A stretch of 64,000 bases of DNA. Origin: the human T2T-CHM13v2.0 reference genome, Homo sapiens. Positions within the stretch are counted from its first letter, which is position 1. Every line of letters begins with the position of its first letter. The notes beneath the pieces are model-generated. The model saw only the letters and a program-made list of their open reading frames with translations, was not told the DNA's origin and searched no databases. Positions 14,487 through 28,356 of the stretch are shown piece after piece. The position numbers and the translations under genes are program-made. Where the stretch lies: NCBI RefSeq assembly GCF_009914755.1, contig NC_060927.1, one strand, 5' to 3'.

Positions 14487-14668
14487 GAAATAACAAAACC
14501 CCTTGAGGAGTTTTCAGTCTGTGTTTTTAACTCTTTACTTACTCTGAAGATGAACTGACCCAATCTCTATTGGGGGCCTTAAAAGTATGACATGTTTTTA
14601 TGGGTCCTGGAAGGAAGCTGGACAAGGTCTTATCCTCAGGGAGCTTAAAGCCTCTAAGGAGAAAACAA
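14487..14668 (-). repeat. Right arm of 182-bp inverted repeat
   Basis: Reverse complement of 13048-13229, 9 substitutions. Confidence 0.97.
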
Positions 14669-14907
14669 GTGAGGAGCTCAGGACACCGGAAAGCTTTCTG
14701 TACGTTTGCTAGACCCTTTGGAAGGTTTCAGACCCAGAGTTTTCTAGGTCAGCCACACATGCACATACTGCACCTCAGGGTGGAGGTGACCTAGGCAGAC
14801 CTGGAATCAGGAAATGGGGTTATTCTTTCCACATTATTTTTTACTGCTGAAGAGGAACTGAAGAGAAGAAGCAGAACTGAAGGTGCCATGAATGTATATG
14901 AGCGGGA

Positions 14908-15285
14908 CACTGTCCAAGAGAAATAGAAGGGGGGCCATATATAATTTTCAGTGTTATAGCAGCTACATTAAACAAAGTAACGAGAAACAGAGAAACAGAC
15001 AGAATGAAATTAATTTCAATAATTTTAATAATACTATATATTAATGTATCATAATATTAATATGCATTAATATAATACCAATATATTATAATACAAAATA
15101 TATTAAAATGATCTTTCATCATGTAATCAATACAAAAATTATTAATGAGATTTGTGCATTTTTTTTGGTATCAAGTCTTTGAAATCCAGAGCATATGACA
15201 CAGCACATCTCAATTCAGACAAGCCACATTTCAAGTGCTTAGTAGCTACATGTGGCAAGTGACTATCATATTGGACTGTATGGAT
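14908..15285. mobile_element. MER33-like hAT-Charlie non-autonomous element
   Basis: cacagcacatctcaattcagacaagccacatttcaagtgcttagtagctacatgtggc..atattggac. Confidence 0.75.
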
Positions 15286-15822
15286 CTAGATGCTAAAAAT
15301 CACATTTTTTTTATTTTAAGGATTTTATTTTTTACTTAGTATCAAAGCAGAAAAATGTTCAAAATAAAATAAAATTTAAAACTAAGTTATGAAACAGTAC
15401 TAAATTTTTGCTTTTATTTTTTAATATGTGGATTATATATAGATAAAAGTTGAGTTACTTGTCAAGATGAAAACAGTAGTTGCCCATGAGAGGTTTGGTT
15501 AAAGTAGATTTTTTCTTTTAATTTTTTTCTTAATTTTCTATATATTCATTTTTTCTGCAATGAACATGTAATATTTGAATAATGGAGAAGTAATACATAC
15601 ATTATTTATTTTCATCAAATAATCCAAAGCAAATATGACAAAGTGTTGACATTGTTAGTTCTGAATGATGACTAGATTAGATATTTAGTGTAGTATTCAT
15701 TATGCATACACTATTTTAAAATTTTTCTCTCATACAAAATTAAAACCTTTTTAAAATTTGCATATGTTCATTGAAGACAAATTTAGAAAATACAAATAAA
15801 AATAGAAAAAGTTAATGCATGA

Positions 15823-16177
<355 letters not shown>

Positions 16178-16344
16178 GTATTTTTATTTTTAAAATAAAT
16201 ATAGAATAGTACAAGGTTTCATTCTGATTTTTTTTTACTTTAGTTTTTCTCATTTACTGGAAGTTGGCACTTCTACTGATACAGCATCATCTTAATGATT
16301 CTGTAGTAGACAGCAGCCCAGCAGGGGATGCCTCATAAAGGAGT

Positions 16345-16575
16345 TGTAGGACTGGATTTTATGCCTGCACTGCACAGGTTTAAATCCTAGTTCTGCCACT
16401 TTCCAGCTACATAACGATGGAAAAATTACATATGTACCTCAGTTGTTTGTTGTATTTTTATTTTGTTTTTTTAAATCTGTAAGATGGGGCAAATAATAGT
16501 ATGCACCTTAGAGGTTTTAATGTTTGTAAAGTACCTAGAATAATGCTTGGCACAAAGTTAATCCTATGTAAGTGT
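16345..16575 (+). mobile_element. MIR
   Basis: ggtttaaatcctagttctgccactttccagct..tctgtaagatgggg..atagtatgcacct..cctagaataatgcttggcaca. Confidence 0.7.
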
Positions 16576-17399
16576 TTCAAAAATAATCCTAGAAGTCATT
16601 CTCTGTAGAGTTGAATCTACCTTACTTGGAACCAACTTATTATCATAACACTGAGTAACCTAATGTTCAATTCTTTAACCGTTTGATGAAGTAATAAAGA
16701 ATAATTTCAGTACATTTTAAATTATTTATTTTAACCAGTTCATGGAGATGTTTACTTTCTAACTAAAGATTATGAAACTCCTCTCACTCCAGTGACCTTA
16801 ACTTCTCATCTGTGCCTTTCACTAGCATTTCCCAAGATATGTTCTAAGGAACACTGGTTCTGCCTGTCAATACAGGCAATAACTGAAAAACGAAGAGGGG
16901 CTTCCAGGTTACATTTCGGAAATTCTTGATTAAACGGGTTATAATGGGGTATATTTTGTGCAGGCCTTTAACATGCAAGTCTGCATTGACAACTTCCAGC
17001 AAAGGGCATATTATGAAGTTGTCCCATCTTTTCTTTTCTCAGCACACTAGGGACTTGTGTTCTACCCAATATACTTTGGGGAACACTACTTGATACTTTG
17101 AACAACAATTTCAGTAGTACAATGCTTTGTTAATGGAGGGCTCATGTTATTCAAATTCCTGGTAATCTCAGACTCAGGCAAAAAAGTTTTTGGTTCACTT
17201 GTTTCTATAATTGTTTCTGGAATATCTTTCCCAATGGTTTCTTCTTCAGAATATAATGAATTTTCTATTTGTCTTGTGGCCTCTGGGCCTTCCTACCTGA
17301 GGATTGTGCAACATGGGTTCATAGTCAAGTAGCAAGAGGTACAGATGAGGGTGAGGTGAAACTGCAAGAGCCCCAAGGCGTTTTCTGAAAATTGTTACA

Positions 17400-18122
17400 T
17401 GCGTTAGTTTTCTATGCTGTATAACAAATTACCAATTTAGCCACTTAAAACAACATGCTTTGTCTGGGGGCAGTGGTTCATGCCTGTAATCCCAGCACTT
17501 TGGGAGGCCGAGATGGGCTGATCATGAGGTCAGGAGTTTGAGACCATCCTGGCCAACATGGAAACCCCCATCTCTAATAAAAATACAAAAATTAGCTGGG
17601 TGTGGTAGCAGATGCCTGTAATCCCAGCTACCTGGGAGGCTGAGGTAGGAGAATTGCTTGAACCCAGGGGGCGGAGGTTGCAGTGAGTGGAGATTGCACC
17701 ACGGCACTCCAGTGCCCACAAACAAAAAAACCCACCATGCTTTATTATCTCAGTTTCTGTGTGTCATAATCTGAGCATGGCTTAACTGGTTTGGAGTTAA
17801 GCAATGGAGGGGTTGGCTGGGGCTGAGGTGTCATCAGAGGCTCAAGTGGGAAAGAAATGGCTTCCAAGCTGTGAAGGTTGTTGGCAGTACTCATTATTAC
17901 TCAGCTGTAAAAATTATGGCAGTGTCCTTCTTCAAAGGACAAGCTCTCCCCATTTTACTAGGACAGATTCTTATGTAATAAAACATTATCACAAAGTTGA
18001 CATCTCATTACTGTTGCCATATTTATTGGTTAGAAACAAGTCACACATCCTGGATTTGCTAAAGGAGAGGAAATTATATAAGGTATGGAGCATTGGGAGT
18101 CACTGTGAGGCGTGTCTGTCAC
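17400..18122 (-). mobile_element. MLT1-family LTR interrupted by an Alu
   Basis: ttagttttctatgctgtataacaaattacc..acttaaaacaaca / tttattatctcagtttctgtg antisense MLT1 end. Confidence 0.7.
17462..17730 (+). mobile_element. AluS lacking the last ~25 nt of the right arm
   Basis: Alu dimer; flanking direct repeat catgcttt. Confidence 0.9.
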
Positions 18123-18826
18123 TGTACATTTTCTAAAATCCTGAATGGGACATTGTTTTCTTTGGCAGAGCTAATGGTTGCATTCCAGTTAATCCAGTTA
18201 TTTCTTTAGTCATTTGTATCAACAGATACATTCTAGTTTTGTTTTTTTTTAAACGTGCCCTCTTTCTGAATCTATCGTATCTCTTTGACTAGATTTTAAA
18301 ACTAAAAGGTAAGGATAACATCTCTGTGTATTCTTCATAGCTACTAGTGTGGATCTCAAAGTAGGCTTTTACTAAATGGTTGTTGCACACATGAATGAAG
18401 CTTTTGGCCTATGTTAGTTCACCCCTTCCAAGCTGAGTGATCTCTGGCAAATTGTTTAATTATTGTAAATCTCAGTTTCTTTAACTATAAAATGGGAATA
18501 ATCATACTCCATGAAGAAATCTTGTAAAAGAGTAATTTGAACACTGTCACTCCTCTGTCCTCTGCTTTAAATCTTCAATGTCTCCCCATGCACTTGTAGT
18601 TGGTTCAGATTCCTCAATTTTGGCCTCTAGGCCCTACATGATCTGGCCTCTGCCCCTCTCTCTAACCCCATCTCCTGTCACTGTCACCCACTCAATAGGG
18701 TGGGCCACAGAGAACCCCTTAACTTGCCTAATTATCCCCAGTTCCTTCCTGCCTTGGTGCCTTTGCATTTGCTGTTCCTCAGCCTAGAATGTTCTTCTCC
18801 CAGATCATATCACCAATTTCTCATTC

Positions 18827-19091
18827 TTTTTTTTTTTTTTTGAAACAAGTTCTTGCTCTGTCGTCCAGGCTGGAGTGCAATTGCTAGATCATGGCTCACT
18901 GTACCCTTGACCTCCCTGGGTCAAGTGATCCTCCCAAGTAGCTGGGACCACAGGCATGCGCCACCATGTCCAGCTAATTTTTGGTAGAGTCTGGGTTTTG
19001 CCCTGTTGCCCAGGCTGGTCTCGAACTCCTAGGCTCAAGCAATCTGCCTGCCTTCACCTCCCAAAGTGCTGGGATTACACCACATCTGGCC
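18827..19091 (-). mobile_element. AluJ (internally deleted) within L2-like sequence
   Basis: T tail then antisense J-type arms. Confidence 0.85.
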
Positions 19092-19729
19092 ATTTCTCTT
19101 TCGCATTATCATTCAGGATTCACCTCAGAAGTCAACAACTCTAAAAGGCTCAGCCAGACCACCTCCATTTGCCTGTGCAATTCATTACCCTTCTTTATTT
19201 TCTTTATAACAATGATCACTTTTGAAACTTGTACTATTTGTATATATGTTTCTTGTGTGCCTGTCCTTGCCAGAATGCAAGCTTCATAGAGGCAAGGACT
19301 TGGCTTCCTTTCCACTGGATCCTCAATTCCTAGCACAGGACCTGAGATATTTGTTAAATAAAATAGTGTTATTTTGTAATATATATGTAAATATATGTAT
19401 ATATTATGTATAAAAGCACAGTTCATGAGACATAATTTAAAATAGACAGACATATAAACAGAAGGTGGTATGAAAAATAAGTAGGAATAGTTTTATATTC
19501 AGGATAAGTAAAACTGGGGTTCTAGCCAGAACTGGTAAACTCTAAATTTCTTCTTCTAACCACTTGAATATTTTTTTCGTTGATCAGTACTCGGTTATCA
19601 GGAAAGGAAGATACCAGGCAAATAGATTGTAATTTAGTGCCTGGCACACATGAATAAAAGCAAAATCTAATGATATTGGAAATTCATGAGGCAAAAAGAA
19701 GTGATGAATCACCACCGTTCCATCCATAA

Positions 19730-19856
19730 TTTTTTTTTTTTAAGAGATAGGGTCTCCCTATGGTGCCCACTGGTCTCGAACTATTGGCCTTAAGCAATCT
19801 GCCTGCTTTGGCCTACCGAAGTGCTTAGATTACAAGTGTGAGCCACCACACCCGGT
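19730..19856 (-). mobile_element. FLAM-like Alu monomer
   Basis: Single antisense left arm with T tail. Confidence 0.8.
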
Positions 19857-20721
19857 CATTTTTTTTAATGATTTTTAGTGATGCAAATTCATTTCTATTA
19901 CCTTAATCTATAATTATGATTGATTTATTGAAATAAACCCACTGGGATTTTTAGAAAAGCAATTCAAAATAATCATTTAATTTTGCTTTTCCAAAGGACT
20001 GAAACAATTAGTGTCAGCTGCAGTGTGCACTTATAAGAAGTGAAGAGTGCCTATATTTTTGCATATATTTGCTATGGCTTTTGAAAACAACTTTTGGGAA
20101 GATGGATGAGGGGAAGGAAGGTAGAAACTAGCAAAACTCTTTGTCAGACATTGCCATCTGCTGGTATATTCCCAAAATGCAACCCTGGACTCATTTCTTG
20201 TCAAAAATATAATTTAGGTGTTCCAAATTCCTCTGTTATTCAAATTCATGTAAAATCTGGGATTCAGATTCAAATTATGTTTGAAAATTAATGTATTATA
20301 AGTAAAATTTCAAGGTATTAGAACAACTGAATGAACGGTTTCTCTATTGTGCTGAAAAAATTCCAATTCCAGATTTTTAAAAAATCCTCATTAAAAAAGA
20401 TCATCGTTATCGTTTAATCGTCTGCATGGGAATAAAGCAGCAAATTAAAGAGCCTGGAGCTCTACCCTCTCTGCAGTTTACTAGATTAGGGCTAAATTAG
20501 CTTAATTTGCTTGGTCAAGTGCCCATCACAGCACTCTCCCTTCACTCCATGTGGAGCTAATAAGAACTGACAAGTCTAAAATATGAGACTTGCCTTTGCT
20601 CAGCACTAACCCAGAGCCTGATGCTGACCATAGCCTTTAGTGTGTCCTAGTCTGCATCTACTGCAGACATGGTCGGCAGCAGCACAGGACTTGGCTGGTG
20701 TTCAGGCCACAGAGAACTGTG

Positions 20722-20804
20722 AAGGGAGCTGACTGTTCCTGTGATGATGGGTCACAGCACAACAGCAAAGGGAGTTGACTGTTCCTGTGATGATGGGTCC
20801 ACAG
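20722..20804. repeat. Two-copy 36/37-bp direct repeat, period 46
   Basis: aagggagctgactgttcctgtgatgatgggtcacag (20722-20757) and aagggagttgactgttcctgtgatgatgggtccacag (20768-20804). Confidence 0.95.
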
Positions 20805-21908
20805 ATGGGGAGGCAAAGCCGGGAATTGTACCTGATGGCCATGCTGGCTGCCCTTCTATGGGATAAGCCCCAGCCAAACGGGTTGGCGTGAATATTCTGG
20901 ACTGGACTTTTCCCGATTTCAGATCTTCCCTGAGTTGGAAAGCAAATGCACTTTCCCCAGGGTTAATGGGGTTTTACTAACAGCTGTGATGATCTTCCTT
21001 AAAGTTAGCATCCTGCAGTCTTTACAAGAGCTTGCTTTCTATTTTAATTTAAGTGTGTGTGGGTTTCAATTGACTGTCACCGCTTGGGATGCCATAGGGT
21101 GTTCGATGAAGTCTACTTAAACAGATGTGAGTTCCAACATACCTAGCTCCTTATCAGTTAGGTGACCCCATGCAAGCTACTGATGGTGGTGACCCTGAGT
21201 TTTGTACTCAAGATTTAACTTCAAGTTCATATATAACCTCATGTGTGGACTTAGGAAGTTCATGAACACCCCCTTGAAAGTATATGGGTTGTGTATGAGT
21301 TTGTATCATGTGGTTATACACATTTTTGTTCCTAAGGCATCCCTAAGCTTTCATCAGATTTCTAAAGTGGCCTATAACTTCTCTCCATGCTCCCAAAAAG
21401 TTCAGACTTTCTGTGATTCTGCTATTAAATGATGATACTAATGGCATAGAATTCACAGGGGTTGTTGTGAGGATAATTTAAAGTGGGTAAAAAATCACAG
21501 GCAGTGTGCCTGATACCTGTAAATATTAGTTTAGATGAGGGTATCAGAGCAGAGGTCAAAACTATTACTAAACTTAAGAGCCACAGTAAGTGTAATTTGG
21601 ACTTGCTGTGAATGAACTTATTGGGAATCACTTAATGACTAGCAGCACCCTTGTGACCCACTGCAGTGTAATTCCTTCAATTGGTCTGATGATGTTATTG
21701 GTATTATCCTCACTGGGCCTGATTTTCCTGAAGGGAACTGAGCTGTGTGACCTTCGATGAGTTCAGATTTTTACCAACCATCTTCGATTATCAAAAGCAG
21801 AAGAAAATGCTTCTGTGTGAAATCAAAGGCTTTCAGGTAAATATAAGGGTTTAGAGAGTACATCTTCTATTATGTACTTAGTGAGGAAATTAGATAATGT
21901 TAAGGTAG

Positions 21909-22260
<352 letters not shown>

Positions 22261-22940
22261 CTCATTCTCTATTTAGGAAAAATGGTTTCATAAGAGAAAT
22301 CCAGCCCCTACTAAATTTATCAAGTTTTATTTGATGGCTAATGTTGAAAATTCTGTTTCATTACTCAGGGAAAGCAAGTATTAAGGAGTGAAAAAGGCAT
22401 TGACTTGGAAATCCAAAACACCTGATTTTAAGTTTCATTTACTAGGGATGATCTTGAGATATGGTTTTGGAGAAGACTCCAATTCTTCATCTATGAAATG
22501 TGGATTTTAAATTCCACATTATTAAAAGAGTCACTGAAATAACCAAGCACGTGGGAATACTCAACAGATGGCAACTAGATATGTGAAGTAAGAGAGTTCC
22601 TGCCCTCACAGCACTCACAATCTTGAGAGAGGAGAAAGGAATATGTCAAATACTTGCCAGATTGTCCCCTCGAGAAACATGGGGCATTTATCAACCCATC
22701 CAGACCCCAGGGCCATTAACTCCTAGCAGGATGAGAGGTCCACACACAGTCAGGGAGACAGCACTGACACAGAAAGAAGGAGGAGGAGGTGCAAGCTTGG
22801 GGCAGGATGCTGCAAGCACAAAGCAAGGTTGAGGGCACAAAAGGTCCACTTCAGCTTCGGCTGAAGTCAGACGTGGGCTTAGGGGGTGGGAAGCAGGGCA
22901 TGATAGGTTTCTGCTACATTGGGGTGGGCATATTTCATAA

Positions 22941-23123
<183 letters not shown>

Positions 23124-23432
23124 TAAACAGTGATCTGGGTGCTAAGAAGGGACCACTTTTGTAAGACGCATGCAAAAGAGTTCCACGCAGAGGAAACAGC
23201 AAAAGGAAAGTGCAAAAAGCCATGAGGCAGAAACAGATGTTGAATTTAAGATGCAGTGGGAGAGCAGGAGAGTGGAAGAAGACCAGGCCCTCAGCGCTTG
23301 CTCCTCCCTCTGTCTGAAAATCTCCTCCCATATCCCCATGGCTGTTCCTTGTGCTCACGGAGTCTTCACCTGACCGCCTTATATAAAACTGCTCACCTTA
23401 CGCCGGCCCCCACCACTCTACTTCCCTACTGT

Positions 23433-23856
23433 GGATAGCAGGTTGAATGTGGTCCCCCAAAAGATATGTCCGCATCTTAATCCCTGGAACTTGTAGATGT
23501 AATCTTCTTTTGGGAAAAAAAAAAGTTTTTGCAGATTAAGCTAAGGATCTCAAAATTAAATCATCTTGGATTAATGAGATGGACCCTTAGTCCCATGACA
23601 AGTATCCTTACCAGAGACACAGAGAGAAGAGGAGAAAGCAATGTGAAGGTGAAGCAGAGATTGGCGTTATGTGGCCAGAAACCAAGAAACAGCTGGAGCC
23701 ACCAGAAGCTGGAAAAGGCAAGGAAGGAGGGTGCATGGCCCTGATGACTCCTTAATTCAGACTTCTTGCCTGCAGAACTGTGAGAGAATACATTTCTGTT
23801 GCTGTAATCCACCCAGTTTGTGGTCATTCATTACAGCAGCCACAGGACACTAATAC
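23433..23856 (+). mobile_element. MLT1C-like solo LTR
   Basis: ggttgaatgtggtcccccaaaagatatgtcc...cagaactgtgagagaatacatttctgttg...acactaatac. Confidence 0.85.
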
Positions 23857-24223
23857 GCCCTGCCCAACCATGTGACGTATTTGTGTCTTTGATTATTTTC
23901 TGGGTCCTCCCACTATATAATGAGCTTTACTGGGGCAGGGACTTTGTCTTGGTTGCTGCTTTGTCCCCAGACAAGTGTTGCCATTTTCTACCAATTCTGT
24001 CTTTTGAAGTTGCCCTCTTAAATAGCAAAGCCAAACCCAATACCTTCTCCTGCCTTCATTAACAGAAAGAATAGCTGTGCTTCTACTTTTTGGATAGAGC
24101 TAGGCTCAGAGTGAAATCATATATCAGGAAGGAAAACAGAAAACACACTAGGTATTTTAATAGAGGAGATTTAGTATAGGGTATTAGTACACAGACACTG
24201 CAGAACTTAAAAGGCAAAAAGTG

Positions 24224-24554
<331 letters not shown>

Positions 24555-25554
24555 TCACCCCTAGAGCTGGTGAAACAAAAGGGAAGTTTGAGGTTATTAG
24601 GGTTGTAGGAGCTCAGAAATGAGGGAACAACTCTGTGAGGGCTCCTTTGAGGGGGCCTGAGGCTGCTCCTGGGAGGGGCTGGAGCCTGGAGCCAGATGCT
24701 GCTGCTGGGCTGGTGCAGATTCTTAACCAAGCGGGCAGAAGGCAATCCCGTCTTGAGGGCCTCCTGCTTCCTTCTCACTTTTGCTTGACTTCCAAGCTCC
24801 CTCTATGCTTCCTGTTAACTGGATCCAATAGGAAGGCCCCTGACAACGGCACCTGGGAAATGCAGTTTGTGTGTAACCCGAGGACAGAATAGAGAGAGAT
24901 GGATTTGGAACTTAGAGATAATGGCTTAATAATAAGCACAGTGATCAAGTGTGCTTTTTGGCCTGGCATCAAAAAATAGAACAAAGATGAATACTTTGCA
25001 GGCCCGTGCATACATGTAATTGTTTAATTACACATGCTTGTAATTTTTTTTGCTTAATGTCTTCCTCATTAGACTTCAAACTTCATAAAGGAGTCCATTG
25101 TTTATTTTTCCTTGAGGTATCCCCAGGGTCTAGAACAATGACCACCATGGAGCTGGCACTTCTAAAAAGCTGTTCACTGGCTGGCTGCTTTTCTGGGTTT
25201 TTGTCTCATTTGATTTAATGTTTCTGGAGGACTGTGCTATCCTTTATGTTATAAAGGAAAGTCTTCTTTCCTTGTATAAATATGACATAGCTCTTTTAGT
25301 GCTATTATTCCAGAGGCAGGGTGGTGAGTGAAGGAGAAAGTTGGCAGGTGGCCGCTCTGGAGTCTAAATTACCTCATTGTTCTGTCTGCAGCAGACCAAT
25401 TATTGTCAAATCTCTAATATCTGGTTCTATTTGTTTCATGTTGACATACCCATAGACTTTTTCCAGCAGGCTTTATTTGGGAAATTCCTTACATCATATT
25501 TATGAAAATTCAAAACTGATCATTTTTACTTCTGAAAAATGTGAATATGATTTA

Positions 25555-25765
25555 GTATATGGCTCTTAACCGGTGATTATTTTGCTCCCCACAGGCCTTT
25601 GGCGCTATCTGGAGACATTTTGGGTGGTTATAAGTGGAGGACACTGCTGGCATCTAGCAGATGGAGGCCAGAAATGCTGCTGAGCATCCTCCAATGCACA
25701 GGGCAGCCCCCACAACAACAAACTATCTGGCCCAAAATGTCAATTATGCTGAGGTTGAAACATCA
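25555..25765. mobile_element. MER20 (hAT-Charlie)
   Basis: tctggagacattttgg..ctggcatctag..gaggccagaaatgctgct..catcctccaatgcacagggcagcccccacaac..tatctggcccaaaatgtcaat. Confidence 0.85.
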
Positions 25766-26144
25766 CGATATAATTTAAAATATATTTTTATTCATTCTTC
25801 TATTAAAGAAATATAGTGGAGAAAGCATCAGTTTGGGAATACACAAGATTAATTTGACTTTAAATCTTGCTCTTTCCCTGCACCAGCTGTATAATCTTAG
25901 GGAAGAAATTGCATTAGAAGTTGCTGAAGACTTCAATTTCTCATGTATAACAGAGAATTAAATCCTGCTTTACTGTATTATTATGAGGATTGCAAGAGTT
26001 AACCAGTGTATGGTTCCTGACACGTGGCTGCCCCTTAATAAATATATAAAGAAAGCATATATGTTTAAATGTATTTATACTACAAGATTCTACCCCAGAA
26101 GCACTTCTTTAGCTTTTTAATTACTTTTTACTCTCAAGGAATAG

Positions 26145-27801
26145 TGAGGTGACAGCGTGCTGGCAGTCCTCACAGCCCTAGCTCGCTCTCGGTGCCTCCT
26201 CTGCCTGGGCTCCCACTTTGGTGGCACTTGAGAAGCCCTTCAGCCTACCGCTGCACTATGGGAGCCCCTTTCTGGGCTGGCCAAGGCCGGAGCCCACTCC
26301 CTCAGCTTGCAGGGAGGTGTGGAGAGAGAGGCGCGAGCGGGAACCGGGGCTGCGTGCGGCGCTTGCGGGCCAGCTGGAGTTCCGGGTGGGCGTGGGCTTG
26401 GCGGGCCCCGCACTCGGAGCAGCCGGCCAGCCCTGCTGGCCCCGGGCAATGAGGGACTTAGCACCCTGGCCAGCGGCTACGGAGGATGTGCTGGGTCCCC
26501 CAGCAGTGCCAGCCCACCGGCGCTGCAATCGATTTCTCACAGAGCCTTAGCTGCCTTCCCTTGGGGCAGGGCTCGGGACCTGCAGCCCGCCATGCCTGAG
26601 CCTCCCACCCACTCCATGGGCTCCTGTGCGGTCGGAGCCTCCCCGACGAGCACCACCCCCTGCTCCACAGCGCCCAGTCCCATTGAGGGCTGAGGAGTGT
26701 GAGCGTACCGCGTGGGACTGGCAGGCAGCTCCACCTGCAGCCCCGGTGCGGGATCCACTAGGTGAAGCCAGCTGGGCTCCTGAGTCTGGTGGGGACGTGG
26801 AGAGTCTTTATGTCTAGCTCAGGGATTGTAAATACACCAATCAGCACCCTGTGGCTAGCTCAGGGTTTGTGAGTGCACCAATCGACACTCCGTATCTAGC
26901 TGCTCTGGTGGGGCCTTGGAAAACCTTTATGTCTAGCTCAGGGATTGTAAACACACCAATCAGCACCCTGTGTCTAGCTCAGGGTTTGTGAGTGCACCAA
27001 TCGACACTCTGTATCGAGCTGCTCTGGTGGGGCCTTGGAGAACCTTTATGTCTAGCTCAGGGATTGTAAATACACCACTTGGCACTCTGTATCTAGCTCA
27101 AGGTTTGTAAACACACCAATCAGCACCCTGTGTCTAGCTCAGGGTGTGTGAATGCACCAATGGACACTCTGTATCTAGCTGCTCTGGTGGGGCCTTGGAG
27201 AACCTTTGTGTGGATACTCTGTATCTAGCTAATATGATGGGGAGGAGGAGAACCTTTGTATCTAGCTCAGGGATTGTAAACGCACCAATCAGCACCCTGT
27301 CAAAACAGACCACTGGGCTCTACCAATCAGCAGGATGTCGGTGGGGCCAGATAAGAGAATAAAGCAGGCTGCCCAAGCCAACAGTGGCAACCTACTTGGG
27401 TCCCCTTCCACACTGTGGAAGGTTTGTTCTTTTGCTGTTTGCAATAAATCTTGCTGCTACTCACTCTTTGGGTCCGCACTGCTTTTATGAGCTGTAACAC
27501 TCACCACGAAAGTCTGCAGCTTCACTCCTGAAGCCAGCGAGACCACGAGCCCACCGGGAGGAACGAACAGCTCCAGACATGCCACCTTAAGAGCTGTAAC
27601 ACTCACCGCGAAGGTCTGCAGCTTCACTCCTGAGCCAACGAGACCACGAACCCACCAGAAGGAAGAAACTCCGGACATATCCGAACATCAGAAGGAACAA
27701 ACCCCAGACGCGCCACCTTAAGAGCTGTAACACTCACCGCGAGGGTCTGCGGCTTCATTCTTGAAGTCAGTGAGACCAAGAACCCACCAATTCCGGACAC
27801 A
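26145..27801 (+). mobile_element. ERV9 solo LTR12C
   Basis: tgaggtgacagcgtgctggcagtcctc...aattccggacaca termini; 4-bp TSD atag (26141-26144 / 27802-27805). Confidence 0.97.
26807..27365 (+). promoter_or_regulatory. LTR12C U3 enhancer array and core promoter
   Basis: ~40-bp subunits in 119-bp higher-order units (starts 26807, 26926, 27045); 8 intact CCAAT boxes, GATA-like tatcta motifs, agataag and TATA-like AATAAAAG at 27358. Confidence 0.8.
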
Positions 27802-28041
27802 ATAGGAATCTGGAAAACCAAATAAAACGCACATTTCCAAGAGCAAACTTTTTATTAACGGTGTCTAACAAGACCTTAGTCTACACAGTCTGATTTATTT
27901 TAAGGACTTTAAGTGGAATCAAGACGTTCTTGAAAGCAATAATTTTATGTGAATCAGAGTAAGAAGATATTAAAATATACAAAAACGGAGATAATAAAAA
28001 CAAATGTTTGAAACTGGGATATATCAATGCCATAGTTTTGA

Positions 28042-28356
<315 letters not shown>

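Noticed and set aside
13048-14668. Inverted repeat as terminal repeats of a DNA transposon
   Set aside because: No target duplication outside the pair and no transposase remnant recognised; junction features fit insertion of the right arm alone.
20735-20840. C/D-box snoRNA (GTGATGA twice, CTGA at 20832)
   Set aside because: No convincing terminal stem or recognisable rRNA guide; the second box C is explained by the duplication.
26807-27300. CRISPR-like repeat array
   Set aside because: Contiguous LTR12 enhancer subunits without unique spacers, in human DNA.
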